This document shows, one piece after another, positions 9,633 to 18,884 of a stretch of 64,000 nt of DNA. How positions within the stretch are numbered: position 1 is the first letter of the stretch; the number at the start of each line of letters is the position of its first letter. The translations under genes and the position numbers were made by a program. Location: contig CALXFK010000070.1 of assembly GCA_944387575.1 (NCBI GenBank), positions 32,620 to 96,619 on the forward strand. Reading direction: 5' to 3'. This stretch comes from an uncultured Clostridia bacterium (GTDB taxonomy: Bacteria > Bacillota > Clostridia > Oscillospirales > JAAYOS01). Under the pieces are notes generated by a model. The model did not search any database. It had not been told where the DNA came from and saw only the letters and a program-made list of their open reading frames with translations.

Positions 9633-9995
9633 TCACGATTTGTCATGCGGGCGGAACAGGAGCGAGGCGAGAAATCCGAACATTACAGCCGCGCCGATGC
9701 CTCCCGCAGCAGCGCTTATGCTGCCGGTGAGAATGCCGAGCGCCCCTTTCTCGTCCACCGCCTTCTCCACCCCCTTTGCCACCACGTACCCAAACCCGGA
9801 GAGCGGCACCGTCGCGCCTGCTCCTCCCCAGTCCACGAGCGGCTCGTACAGTCCGAGCGCGGTGAGTATTACGCCCGCTACGAGGTATGCGGTGAGTATA
9901 CGTGCGGGGGTGAGACTCGTTCGGTCGATAACTATCTGACCGATCGCACAGATCGCCCCTCCCACGAGAAACGCCTTCAGACAGTCGGTCAGCAC
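9633..9995 (-). CDS. spoVAE: stage V sporulation protein AE (SpoVAEB-type)
   Basis: LKAFLVGGAICAIGQIVIDRT.LTPARIL..YLVAGVILTALGLYEPLVDWGGAGATVPL.GFG is present. I chose the GTG at 9995, which overlaps the spoVAD stop (GTGCTGA). The longer track ORF from 10175 reads in a different frame through the 3' end of spoVAD. Confidence 0.85.
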   Translation of the reverse strand: MLTDCLKAFLVGGAICAIGQIVIDRTSLTPARILTAYLVAGVILTALGLYEPLVDWGGAGATVPLSGFGYVVAKGVEKAVDEKGALGILTGSISAAAGGIGAAVMFGFLASLLFRPHDKS

Positions 9996-11047
9996 TGAGC
10001 ACCCGCCCCCTCTCCCGCCTCTATTACTACCGCGTGGCATATCCCGGGGATACTCTCCCCCTGCATTGAGGAGGTTGGGCTGAGCAGTGCGCCGGTACCC
10101 GCGAACACTATCCGTTTCAACCGCCCACGCTCTAGTTCGGGCAGCAGCATCGCGCAGAGCACCGCAGCCGAGCATCCACAGCCGGACGCCCCGGCGTGGA
10201 CATCCTCCCGCTCCCGGTCGAAAAGCAGGAGACCGCAGTCGTTCATGCTCACGCCCGGCTCTACCCCCTCCCGCTTCAGGAGCGCGCGAAGCAGGTCAAA
10301 TCCGACCACGCCGAGGTCTCCGGTTACTACAAGGTCGTAGTCGGCAGGGGTAGTTCCTGTGTCGCGGAAAAGGGCAAGCAGAGTGTCCGCCGCCGCCGGC
10401 GCCATCGCCGCACCCATATTGTTCGCGTCCTTTATGCCGAGGTCGACTATACGACCGGGTAGTGCATACGTGACCCGTGGCTCGCTCGACCGCCCTCCGG
10501 ATAGCTTTGCGTGGAGAAGCGCAGCGCCGGACGCAGTCGCGGTCCACTGTGCGGTGGGGGTGCGCTGAGCTCCGTACTCGAGCGGTGTACGGTACTGGCG
10601 CTCCGCCGAGGCGAAGTGTGAGGAGGTGAGCGCGGCGGCAGTGTCTGCAAAGCCTCCGTCAATCGCCATTGATGCGCTCATCAGTCCCTCCGCCATTGTC
10701 GAACACGCTCCATATAATCCGATGAGCGGTCTGCCGAACGACCGCATCCCGAACGAAGTGGCGATACACTGGTTCATCAGGTCGCCCGCATATATCACGT
10801 CCACGTCGTCGCTCTCGACCCCCGCCTTCTCGAGCGCGAGTGTGAGCGCCTCGCTCTGCATTCGGCTCTCCGCCTTCTCCCAGCTTTTCTCACCGAGCAG
10901 AGTGTCGCGGTGTATGCGGTCGAACCGGTTGCCAAGCGGACCTTCACCCTCCCGCTTGCCAACCACCGCAGCCCAGCTCTGCACCGCCGGCGGCTCGCCG
11001 AAGCGCAGAGTGCGGGCGCCGACACGTTTCGTCGCCATAGACAGCAA
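9989..11047 (-). CDS. spoVAD: stage V sporulation protein AD
   Basis: It shows a thiolase-like fold pattern: VVGK.EGEGPLG..FD, SWEKAES.M, GDLMNQC, YGACST, SSHFASAERQYR.P.EYG.QR. The start is either TTG at 11047 or ATG at 11038. Confidence 0.9.
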   Translation of the reverse strand: MLSMATKRVGARTLRFGEPPAVQSWAAVVGKREGEGPLGNRFDRIHRDTLLGEKSWEKAESRMQSEALTLALEKAGVESDDVDVIYAGDLMNQCIATSFGMRSFGRPLIGLYGACSTMAEGLMSASMAIDGGFADTAAALTSSHFASAERQYRTPLEYGAQRTPTAQWTATASGAALLHAKLSGGRSSEPRVTYALPGRIVDLGIKDANNMGAAMAPAAADTLLALFRDTGTTPADYDLVVTGDLGVVGFDLLRALLKREGVEPGVSMNDCGLLLFDREREDVHAGASGCGCSAAVLCAMLLPELERGRLKRIVFAGTGALLSPTSSMQGESIPGICHAVVIEAGEGAGAQC

Positions 11048-11050
11048 ATA

Positions 11051-11074
11051 CCTCCGAACAACAAGTTTCGGAGG
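11051..11074 (-). promoter_or_regulatory. 8-bp hairpin whose 3' arm contains the spoVAD Shine-Dalgarno sequence
   Basis: The minus-strand RNA reads CCTCCGAA-acttgttg-TTCGGAGG-tatt-TTG. The arms are perfectly complementary, and GGAGG sits in the 3' arm. Confidence 0.55.
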
Positions 11075-11173
11075 TATTTTGAGCCGTATTTGAAGATTTG
11101 ATACATCGCTACACCTGTCCGGCAGGTCACGCTCACCGTTCCCCGGTCACGCTTTTGCAGCGCGGGTCACGGG

Positions 11174-12604
11174 TCACTGCTTTCCGGTAAGAGACGCGTA
11201 CAGGCGGCGGTACTCAAGTGCGGACTCGGACCAGCCGAAATTTGCGTCCATGTCCCACTTCACAAGCTTATTCCAGTCCTCGCGGGAGGAACGGTAAAGC
11301 TCCGCGCCGCGCCAGACCGCGTTGACCATCTCATCGGCATTGTAGTTTGCAAAGGTAAAGCCTCTGCCTCCCTCCGCACCATACGGCGGAACCGAGTCCT
11401 TCAGACCCCCGGTCTCGCGCACGACCGGTATGGTGCCGTACCGCATCGCTATCATCTGACTGAGTCCACACGGTTCCTTCTGCGAGGGCATAAGGAACAT
11501 ATCCGCGCCGGCATATATCTTGTGAGCGAGTTGTTCGGAGAAGGTTATGCACGCTGCGACCCTTCCTCCATACCGCTGCTGCGCGACGCGGAAGAACTGC
11601 TCATATCCATGTTCGCCGGTGCCGAGCACCACGAACTGAACGCCGAGCGACATCAGCGCATCCATCCGCGCGAGCACAAGATCCATGCCCTTGTGCGCCA
11701 CAAGCCGCCCCACGCACGCGACAAGCGGCGTGTCCGGCTCGATCGCAAGCCCGAGCATACGCTGGAGCTCCGCCTTGCAGGCAGCTTTCCCTGCCATATC
11801 GTCCGCAGAGTAGTTGGCAACGATATCCGCATCGGTCGCAGGATCGTAATACTCGGTGTCGATACCGTTCAGGATGCCCCGGAACTTCCCGGATATGCTG
11901 CGCACTACCCCGTCGAGCCCATACGCAAAGTACGGATATTTGAGTTCCTCTGCGTAGGTAGGGCTTACGGTGGTAACATAGTCGGCGGTGAGCATTGCGC
12001 CCTTCATGAGCGAAATATCCTCACGGTACTCGAGCGTACCGTCGTTATACCACCCCTCTGGCAGCCCGAGCACATCTCCTAAAATTGCGCGGGAATACCT
12101 TCCCTGATACTCAATGTTGTGGATGGTGAACACAGTCTTGATCGCGCCGAGCTCGGTGTACGAGTACATGTCGCGCATGTATATCGGCACGAGCGCCGTC
12201 TGCCAGTCGTTGCAGCTCAGCACGTCCGGACGCCACTCAAGCCGCGCGACCGCCTCAGCCACCGCCCGCGAGAAGAATGCAAACCGCTCCCCGTCGTCAA
12301 AGTGCCCGTATAGGCGCTCACGTTTGAAATAGTACTCGTTATCCACGAAGTAGTAGACGGTCTTACCCTTTTTGAGCATGAATATACCGCAGTACTGTTT
12401 CCGCCACCCGAGAGTGACGTAGAAATGCTCGATAAACGTCATCTGGCTGCGCCACTCGTCGCCTATACATGCGTAGAGCGGCATTATGACCCGCGTCGCG
12501 GCTCCACGGCTGTTCAGCGCCTCGGGCAGCGACCCGGCAACGTCTCCAAGACCGCCGCTCTTTGCGAACGGAGCAGCCTCCGACGTGACATACAACACCT
12601 TCAT
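11174..12604 (-). CDS. glgA: glycogen synthase (ADP-glucose type)
   Basis: MKVLYVTSEAAPFAKSGGLGDV... is present, along with C-terminal GT1 motifs (PS..EPCGL.Q). The ATG at 12604 follows GGAGG. Confidence 0.93.
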   Translation of the reverse strand: MKVLYVTSEAAPFAKSGGLGDVAGSLPEALNSRGAATRVIMPLYACIGDEWRSQMTFIEHFYVTLGWRKQYCGIFMLKKGKTVYYFVDNEYYFKRERLYGHFDDGERFAFFSRAVAEAVARLEWRPDVLSCNDWQTALVPIYMRDMYSYTELGAIKTVFTIHNIEYQGRYSRAILGDVLGLPEGWYNDGTLEYREDISLMKGAMLTADYVTTVSPTYAEELKYPYFAYGLDGVVRSISGKFRGILNGIDTEYYDPATDADIVANYSADDMAGKAACKAELQRMLGLAIEPDTPLVACVGRLVAHKGMDLVLARMDALMSLGVQFVVLGTGEHGYEQFFRVAQQRYGGRVAACITFSEQLAHKIYAGADMFLMPSQKEPCGLSQMIAMRYGTIPVVRETGGLKDSVPPYGAEGGRGFTFANYNADEMVNAVWRGAELYRSSREDWNKLVKWDMDANFGWSESALEYRRLYASLTGKQ

Positions 12605-12689
12605 TGAAACACCTCCACTTACATTCTGCCGTTCTTTCTATGCAACGTACGCCCCGCCGACATTTGCGTGTACATTTACACTTGTACGG

Positions 12690-13796
12690 TCACAAAACCG
12701 TGCCCTTTGCGATGACCGTCGGATATTCGGGGCTGCCAATAAATGTGCGATTCTTGCCGATGACGACATTCTTATCTGTGATGATCCCGTCGAGAACTGT
12801 GTCCTCGCCGACAACCGTATCCTGCATGAGGATGCAACCGCGCACCCGCGCGCCCTTTGCTATCTTCACGCCGCGGAAGATTATGCAGTTTTCCGCCTCG
12901 CCCTCGATGTAGCAGCCGTCCGCAACAAGGCAATTGCGCGCAGCGGCGCCGGGCGCGTAATATGTGGGCGCCTCATCGCGCAGCTTTGTGAGCACCGGAC
13001 GCCCCTTCGGGAAGAGCGACGCTCGCACTTCCGCATCGAGCAGCTTCATGCTCAGCCTATAATACTGCGCGACCGAGTTGGGACGCGCGATAAAGTCGTT
13101 TACAATGTAGTTCATTATCTTCAGGCGGTCGATACTCGACTTGAGCGCCCGAGAGAAGCTCGGCTCGCCGGACACTGCACACTCGTCCATCAGCGCGAGC
13201 AGACGCTTTGTGGACATGATGTACATTCCAGTGCCGACAAGTCCATCCCCGAGATCACCGCCGAGCAGCATATCCCGCGCAAATCCATCCTCTCGGAACA
13301 CGAGCCGTATTTCGGAACGCAGCTCGCTGCTCTCATGGACGCATATCGCGGTGACATCCGCGCCCGAGTAGATGTGGTTTTCGAGCACCGCGCCGAGGTC
13401 AAAGCTCGCAATCGTATTGCCCCGCGCTATGAATACGTAGTCCTTGCGGATCCGCTCTATATAGCTGCGCACGCTGAGTAACGCGTCCATACCTCCCGCG
13501 AATCCCGCACCCCGGTTCCTTCCGGTAGAGAACGGGGGCAGCAGTTTCAGACCACCGTTTTTGCGACTCAGATCCCACTCGCGACCCGCTCCGAGATGGT
13601 CGAGCAGCGACTGGTAGCTCTCCTGAAGTATTATTCCTATGTCGTCCACTCCCGCGTTTACGAGTGTGGACAGCAGGAAGTCTATGATCCGGTACCGAGC
13701 GCAGAACGGAACCGACGCCGTCGTCCTCGCCTCGGTAAGCTCGCGCAGGTTCTCATCCCCGTTGTACCCGAGAATTATTCCGTGCAGATTACTCAT
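12690..13796 (-). CDS. glgD: glucose-1-phosphate adenylyltransferase regulatory subunit GlgD
   Basis: [31 protein letters not shown] and a C-terminal left-handed beta-helix repeat region are present. The ATG at 13796 follows GGGGAGGG. The track start at 13811 is a GTG. Confidence 0.88.
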   Translation of the reverse strand: MSNLHGIILGYNGDENLRELTEARTTASVPFCARYRIIDFLLSTLVNAGVDDIGIILQESYQSLLDHLGAGREWDLSRKNGGLKLLPPFSTGRNRGAGFAGGMDALLSVRSYIERIRKDYVFIARGNTIASFDLGAVLENHIYSGADVTAICVHESSELRSEIRLVFREDGFARDMLLGGDLGDGLVGTGMYIMSTKRLLALMDECAVSGEPSFSRALKSSIDRLKIMNYIVNDFIARPNSVAQYYRLSMKLLDAEVRASLFPKGRPVLTKLRDEAPTYYAPGAAARNCLVADGCYIEGEAENCIIFRGVKIAKGARVRGCILMQDTVVGEDTVLDGIITDKNVVIGKNRTFIGSPEYPTVIAKGTVL

Positions 13797-15048
13797 CCAG
13801 ACCCTCCCCACTTATCTCTTCCGCGGCGTACATGGGCTCTGCGTCCGCATCCTCCATATCGCGCACTATCATGAGCTTGGGCGCGACCTCCCGGTTCTTT
13901 CCTACCCTCACACGCTCGGCGACAACAGCTATGCCCCATTTGTCCGGGTCGGTATTTATCGGATCTCCGCCGACGTGTGCACCGGTGGCTATCGTAGCCT
14001 CCTCAGCCACAATAGCATACTCCACGAGCGCGCCCGGCTCTATGACCGCGCCCGGCATTATCGTGGAATACCGGACGACCGCTCCTTTTCCGACCGTGAC
14101 ATTGGAAAACAGGACCGAGTTTTCCACCTTTCCGTATATCTCGCACCCCTCTGTGACTATCGAGTGCGAGATCTCGCCTTCAGTGCCAACGAAGTGCGGA
14201 GGCGCCGCCGGTGATCGGGTGTACACCTTCCAGTCCGCTCCGAACACGTCGAGCATCGGGTTTGCGAGCATATCCATATTCGCGTCCCACAGGCTGTCTA
14301 TCGTTCCAACGTCCTTCCAGTACCCGTCGAACCGGTGGACGACCAGTTTCTCGCCCGCGGCAATCATCGCCGGGATCACATCCGAGCCGAAATCGTTGGA
14401 CGAATCGGGCTTCGCCTCGTCCTCAACGAGGTATCGCCGGAGCTTCTCCCAGGTGAATACGTAAATTCCCATCGAGGCAAGGTTGGAGCGCGGGTTCTTG
14501 GGTTTCTCCTCAAACTCGACTATCCTGTCCTCCTCGTCTACATTCATAATGCCGAAACGCGGCGCCTCGTCCCAGCCAACCTCTATTACCGCTATCGTAG
14601 CTGCCGCTCCCGCATCGCGGTGCCGCGCAATCATCTTCGAGTAGTCCATGCGGTATATGTGGTCTCCGCCGAGTATTAGAACATACTCCGGGTCGTACTG
14701 CTCTATGAAGTCCATGTTCTGATATATCGCGTTCGCCGTCCCTTTGTACCACATTCCGGTGCTCCCGGTCATGTACGGCGGCAGCAGACGCACACCGCCG
14801 TACATCCGGTCAAGGTCCCACGGCTGACCCGAACCCACATACTCGTTTAACTTCTGCGGTCGGTACTGCGTGAGTATCCCGACCGTGTCTATGTCAGAGT
14901 TTGCACAGTTCGACAATGGAAAATCTATTATTCGGTACTTCCCGCCGAACGGAACCGCCGGCTTTGCCACCTTCGTGGTAAGTACATACAGACGGGACCC
15001 CTGTCCGCCTGCAAGGATCATTGCAATACATTCCTTGCCGTGAATCAT
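13789..15048 (-). CDS. glgC: glucose-1-phosphate adenylyltransferase
   Basis: [14 protein letters not shown]...[22 protein letters not shown] and GTANAIYQN are present. The C-terminal tail is acidic. Confidence 0.93.
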   Translation of the reverse strand: MIHGKECIAMILAGGQGSRLYVLTTKVAKPAVPFGGKYRIIDFPLSNCANSDIDTVGILTQYRPQKLNEYVGSGQPWDLDRMYGGVRLLPPYMTGSTGMWYKGTANAIYQNMDFIEQYDPEYVLILGGDHIYRMDYSKMIARHRDAGAAATIAVIEVGWDEAPRFGIMNVDEEDRIVEFEEKPKNPRSNLASMGIYVFTWEKLRRYLVEDEAKPDSSNDFGSDVIPAMIAAGEKLVVHRFDGYWKDVGTIDSLWDANMDMLANPMLDVFGADWKVYTRSPAAPPHFVGTEGEISHSIVTEGCEIYGKVENSVLFSNVTVGKGAVVRYSTIMPGAVIEPGALVEYAIVAEEATIATGAHVGGDPINTDPDKWGIAVVAERVRVGKNREVAPKLMIVRDMEDADAEPMYAAEEISGEGLDE

Positions 15049-15103
15049 GGCAGCATCCTCTCCTCTGAATGCGATTTTGTATGGTCTCCGCTATTTTGGT
15101 GAT

Positions 15104-15132
15104 ATTGTACCACACATTTTCCGTTTTGTCAC
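15104..15132 (-). promoter_or_regulatory. candidate sigma-70 promoter for glgC-D-A
   Basis: The minus strand reads GTGACA-N17-TACAAT, preceded by TGTGG. Confidence 0.5.
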
Positions 15133-15177
15133 CTGTTTTATTTATTTTATACAAAACGCACAAAGTATTGTAATTTG

Positions 15178-17181
15178 TTACCAATTGACCGGCTTATCGC
15201 CCTTCAGCTTACGTTTAATGCGCAGAAAAACTGCGCCTAGAGGCGGGAGGTCGAGACGGAGCGAGCGATCTTTGCCATGCTGCGGCGCCTTGTAAGTGTG
15301 CAGGGGACCAGGGTTCGTGATACCCGAGCCTCCGAAGCGCTCATCGTCGGTATTGAATATTTCCTCGTAGACGCCGCTCTGCTCGACACCGACGAGGTAG
15401 CCGGTGCGCCGGACGGGGGAGAAATTGATGACGCAGATGAGTTCTTTTCCCTTGTCGTCGCGGCGAATGAAGCTCACGGTGTTTGCGCTAGTGTCGTCGT
15501 GACATATCCATTCGAAGCCGTGCCAGTCGAAATCGATGCTCCACAGCTCACGGCGCGCGCGGTAGAACCGGTTGAGCGCGGAGACGTAGTCAAGCAGCTT
15601 GCGGTGCGACTCGTATCCGAGCAGCAACCAGTCTAGTCCGTTGTCGAAGTTCCACTCGATAAACTGTCCAAACTCCTGACCCATGAACAGCAGCTTCTTG
15701 CCAGGATGCGCAAACATGTATGCCAGGAACACGCGCACGCCGGCGAATTTCTGTTCGTATTCACCCGGCATTTTGTTTATGAGTGAGCACTTCCCGTGAA
15801 CGACCTCGTCGTGCGAGACCGGCAGAATGTAGTTCTCGCTGAACGCATACATAAATGAGAAAGTAATGTCCTTGTGGTTGAATTGGCGGAAATATGGGTC
15901 TAATGCTACATAGTGCATCATGTCGTTCATCCAGCCCATGTTCCACTTGAAGTTGAAGCCGAGCCCTCCCTCGCTTACCGGCAGGGTGACGCCGGGCCAT
16001 GCGGTGGACTCCTCGGCTATCATCATCACCGACGGGTGCTCCGCAAACACGACAGTGTTCAGCTTGCGGAAAAACTCGACCGCATCAAGGTTCTCCTTTC
16101 CGCCATCCTTGTTCGGATGCCACTCCCCGTCGCGGCGACCATAATCAAGGTAGAGCATTGACGCGACCGCGTCTATGCGCAGACCGTCTGCGTGGAACTT
16201 TTCAAGCCAAAAGTTCGCGCTCGAAATGAGGAAACTGCGCACCTCACCCCGCGAATAGTCGAATATGCGTGTGCCCCAGTCGGGGTGCTCGCGCATGACT
16301 GGGTCGTTCGACTCGTAGCACGCCCCTCCGTCGAACTCCACAAGTCCATGCCCGTCCTTCGGGAAGTGCGCCGGGACCCAGTCGAGGATAACGCCGATAC
16401 CGGCACAGTGCAGCCGGTCGATGAGCCGCATCAGCCCGTGCGGGTCGCCAAACCGGCTCGTCGCGGCGAAGTACCCGGTGCACTGGTAGCCCCAGGACGC
16501 ATCGAGCGGGTGCTCGCTTACCGGCATCAGTTCGACGTGAGTGTACCCGGTCTGCACAATGTATGGGACGAGCTCGTCCGCGATCATGTCGTAGCTGAAA
16601 AACTGTCCGTCCGCGCCGTCGACAACCTTTTTCCAGGAACCAAGATGGATCTCGTATATCGAAAGCGGCTTTGCGTACGGTGCAACGCGGTTACGCATCC
16701 ACTTCTCGTCCTTCCACTGGTAGCCCTCGATGTCAAAAAGCTTTGAGGCGTTAGCGGGGCGGGTCTCGGAATGGAACGCATACGGGTCGCACTTGTCGCG
16801 GATCTCGCCGTCCGCCCCCTCGATAGAGAACTTATAGGCGTCGTAGACCTTTGCGCCCTCTATAAACTTCTCCCACGTCTCCCCGTCGCCAAGGAGCTCC
16901 ATCTCACCCGCTTTTCGATCCCATCCGTTGAACTCGCCGATCACAGAGACGCTCTGCGCATTCGGCGCCCACACGCGGAAGCGGTATCCCGCGCACCCGT
17001 CCTTTTCTGTGGGATGTGCGCCAAGGAAGTCATATGCGCGGCAGTCGCTCCCTTCGTGGAAGAGATAAAAGTGGTCGCGTGTGTATGGGTCGGTCACACG
17101 GCGCGGCGCAGCAGACTTTTTCGAGCGTTTTTTTGCATCGCCCTTTGCGGTGCTGATCTCTTTATTTGTATTCCTCGGCAT
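15178..17181 (-). CDS. glgB: 1,4-alpha-glucan branching enzyme
   Basis: GH13 motifs are present: DWVPAHF, GLR.DAV, EES and the HDEVVHGK region. It is 667 aa, and the ATG follows GGAGGA. Confidence 0.93.
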   Translation of the reverse strand: MPRNTNKEISTAKGDAKKRSKKSAAPRRVTDPYTRDHFYLFHEGSDCRAYDFLGAHPTEKDGCAGYRFRVWAPNAQSVSVIGEFNGWDRKAGEMELLGDGETWEKFIEGAKVYDAYKFSIEGADGEIRDKCDPYAFHSETRPANASKLFDIEGYQWKDEKWMRNRVAPYAKPLSIYEIHLGSWKKVVDGADGQFFSYDMIADELVPYIVQTGYTHVELMPVSEHPLDASWGYQCTGYFAATSRFGDPHGLMRLIDRLHCAGIGVILDWVPAHFPKDGHGLVEFDGGACYESNDPVMREHPDWGTRIFDYSRGEVRSFLISSANFWLEKFHADGLRIDAVASMLYLDYGRRDGEWHPNKDGGKENLDAVEFFRKLNTVVFAEHPSVMMIAEESTAWPGVTLPVSEGGLGFNFKWNMGWMNDMMHYVALDPYFRQFNHKDITFSFMYAFSENYILPVSHDEVVHGKCSLINKMPGEYEQKFAGVRVFLAYMFAHPGKKLLFMGQEFGQFIEWNFDNGLDWLLLGYESHRKLLDYVSALNRFYRARRELWSIDFDWHGFEWICHDDTSANTVSFIRRDDKGKELICVINFSPVRRTGYLVGVEQSGVYEEIFNTDDERFGGSGITNPGPLHTYKAPQHGKDRSLRLDLPPLGAVFLRIKRKLKGDKPVNW

Positions 17182-17230
17182 TTTCGTCCTCCAAAAAGTT
17201 CCTGTCAGTTTTAGACGTTTTTATACAACC

Positions 17231-17275
17231 GGAGCGACTCCCTGCGCTGAAACCAGACCGCAGGGAAGCCGCTCC
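17231..17275 (-). terminator. long G+C-rich hairpin downstream of pduL (terminator-like, no clear U-tract)
   Basis: GGAGCGACTCCCTGCG-12 nt-CGCAGGGAAGCCGCTCC. On the minus strand, no U run follows it. Confidence 0.35.
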
Positions 17276-17285
17276 TCATTACTCG

Positions 17286-17864
17286 TTACCCGACTATTAC
17301 CTCGCCGGTGACATTGCCGCCCAGATGCGCGGCATTAGCCTCGTCATAGTCGATGTGCATATATGTAGCATACTTCTCGCTTACACGGATGACCACCTCA
17401 TCAAACGTGAGCGCGCGGTCGCCTCCGACCTTGACCGAGACAAGCTGCTTATCCTTCAGACCGTACTTCTCCGCATCCTCCGGTGTAACATGGATGTGCC
17501 GCTTGGCAACTATACATCCCTCGCTTATCTCGACCGAGCCGTTCGGTCCAATTATCTTGCAGGGCTCACTGCCCGCAAGGTCTCCACTCTCGCGCACCGG
17601 CGGAGTAAGCCCGAGCACGCGCGCGTCGGTGAAGCTGACCTCCACCTGGTCGGCGGATCGCTCCGGTCCGAGTATCGACACGCGGTCGATACCACCGCGC
17701 GGTCCCTCGATGCGTACCTTCTCCTCGCTCAGAAACTGTCCGGGCTGGCTAAGGTCGCGCTTGCGGGTGAGCTCGTACCCCTCACCGTATAAGATTGCGA
17801 GCGTCTCCTTTGTCACGTGTACGTGCCTTGCGGAGGACTCGATTATGACATTGAGTTTTTCCAT
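17286..17864 (-). CDS. pduL: phosphate propanoyl/acetyl-transferase PduL
   Basis: Two PduL repeats are present (ESSARHVHV...; VAKRHIHV...). The ATG at 17864 gives MEKLNVII. The track start at 17969 was rejected. Confidence 0.88.
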   Translation of the reverse strand: MEKLNVIIESSARHVHVTKETLAILYGEGYELTRKRDLSQPGQFLSEEKVRIEGPRGGIDRVSILGPERSADQVEVSFTDARVLGLTPPVRESGDLAGSEPCKIIGPNGSVEISEGCIVAKRHIHVTPEDAEKYGLKDKQLVSVKVGGDRALTFDEVVIRVSEKYATYMHIDYDEANAAHLGGNVTGEVIVG

Positions 17865-18110
17865 AGCCTTTTGCCGTTCCTTTCCGGGAATCCGACTGTC
17901 CGCCGGACCCGATTTAAGCGTTTTTTGCACACTCATAATACCACATATCCCGCGGCAAAACAACCTCATTTTCCGTATAACGGCAAAAATTCCCCACAGC
18001 TATAAAACCGCCTGCTCACGCTTTACAAACGGTATAATGTATATTATAATAAACACATTGTCGAATTCAATTATATTACGGCGGAAGTTTAAATAAGGGG
18101 GAGCGGCGAT

Positions 18111-18788
18111 ATGGAGGCAAATTTTCCGCGCACACTTTCACTGTTGAGGAAAGAGAAAGGGCTGAGTCAGAAGGAGGTCGCCCGAAATCTGGGCATTTCG
18201 CAGGCGCTGCTCAGTCACTATGAGAACGGCGTGCGCGAGCCAGGTCTTGCGTTTGTGGTTGCGGCAGCGGACTTTTATGGAGTGTCCGCCGATTTTCTGC
18301 TCGGGCGCACCATGTCGCGCGACGGCACAGAAATAAATATAGACGAGCTGTACGACGACGCGGAAACAAAGCAGAACAAGCTCGCGCGCGGCGGTGCGAC
18401 CGCCCTCATGGCAAAGAAGCTCGCTGTAAACTCGCTCGGCGTCCTCTTTGACATCGCCGGGCGGAGCGACGACCGCGAGCTCTGCCGCGAGTTGTACTCC
18501 TCCATCATGTTCACGATATATAAGCTCTTCCGCACCCTCTATCGCCGCTGCGGGGCTGAGCCGGAGAAGTTCTTCTCCATAGCCGACCGGGACGCGGACG
18601 ACGCAGCCGATGCCGCACAGAAGCTAAGCGAAATGCGCTTCCGCCGCAGTGCCGCGGACTGTTCCGCCCTCCCCCCGCTCTCGCACGACACCCTTTCGCG
18701 CGATTATCCCCTGCTCTTCCAGTCGCTCCTCTCGCTCACTCTCTCCGCCGAGAAGGAGATAGGAGAACTTACAAAACAGTCGAAGTGA
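18111..18788 (+). CDS. XRE-family HTH transcriptional regulator with an uncharacterised C-terminal domain
   Basis: LSLLRKEKGLSQKEVARNLGISQALLSHYENGVREP is present. It is 225 aa, and the ATG follows GGGGGAG. Confidence 0.85.
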   Translation: MEANFPRTLSLLRKEKGLSQKEVARNLGISQALLSHYENGVREPGLAFVVAAADFYGVSADFLLGRTMSRDGTEINIDELYDDAETKQNKLARGGATALMAKKLAVNSLGVLFDIAGRSDDRELCRELYSSIMFTIYKLFRTLYRRCGAEPEKFFSIADRDADDAADAAQKLSEMRFRRSAADCSALPPLSHDTLSRDYPLLFQSLLSLTLSAEKEIGELTKQSK

Positions 18789-18884
18789 CACCGCACCTCG
18801 CCGCCTTGACATTTCAGGGCGGCGGTGTATAATTTTCGTACAGATGTACGGTTGCAGAGAAAGCAGGACAAGGGGGTACGGCGC

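Noticed and set aside
11075-11100. GAGCCGTAT at about 11081, and nearby sequence, as a possible group II intron domain V.
   Set aside because: There is no complementary 3' half or GNRA loop to form domain V. I also found no GUGYG 5' end and no intron-encoded protein nearby.
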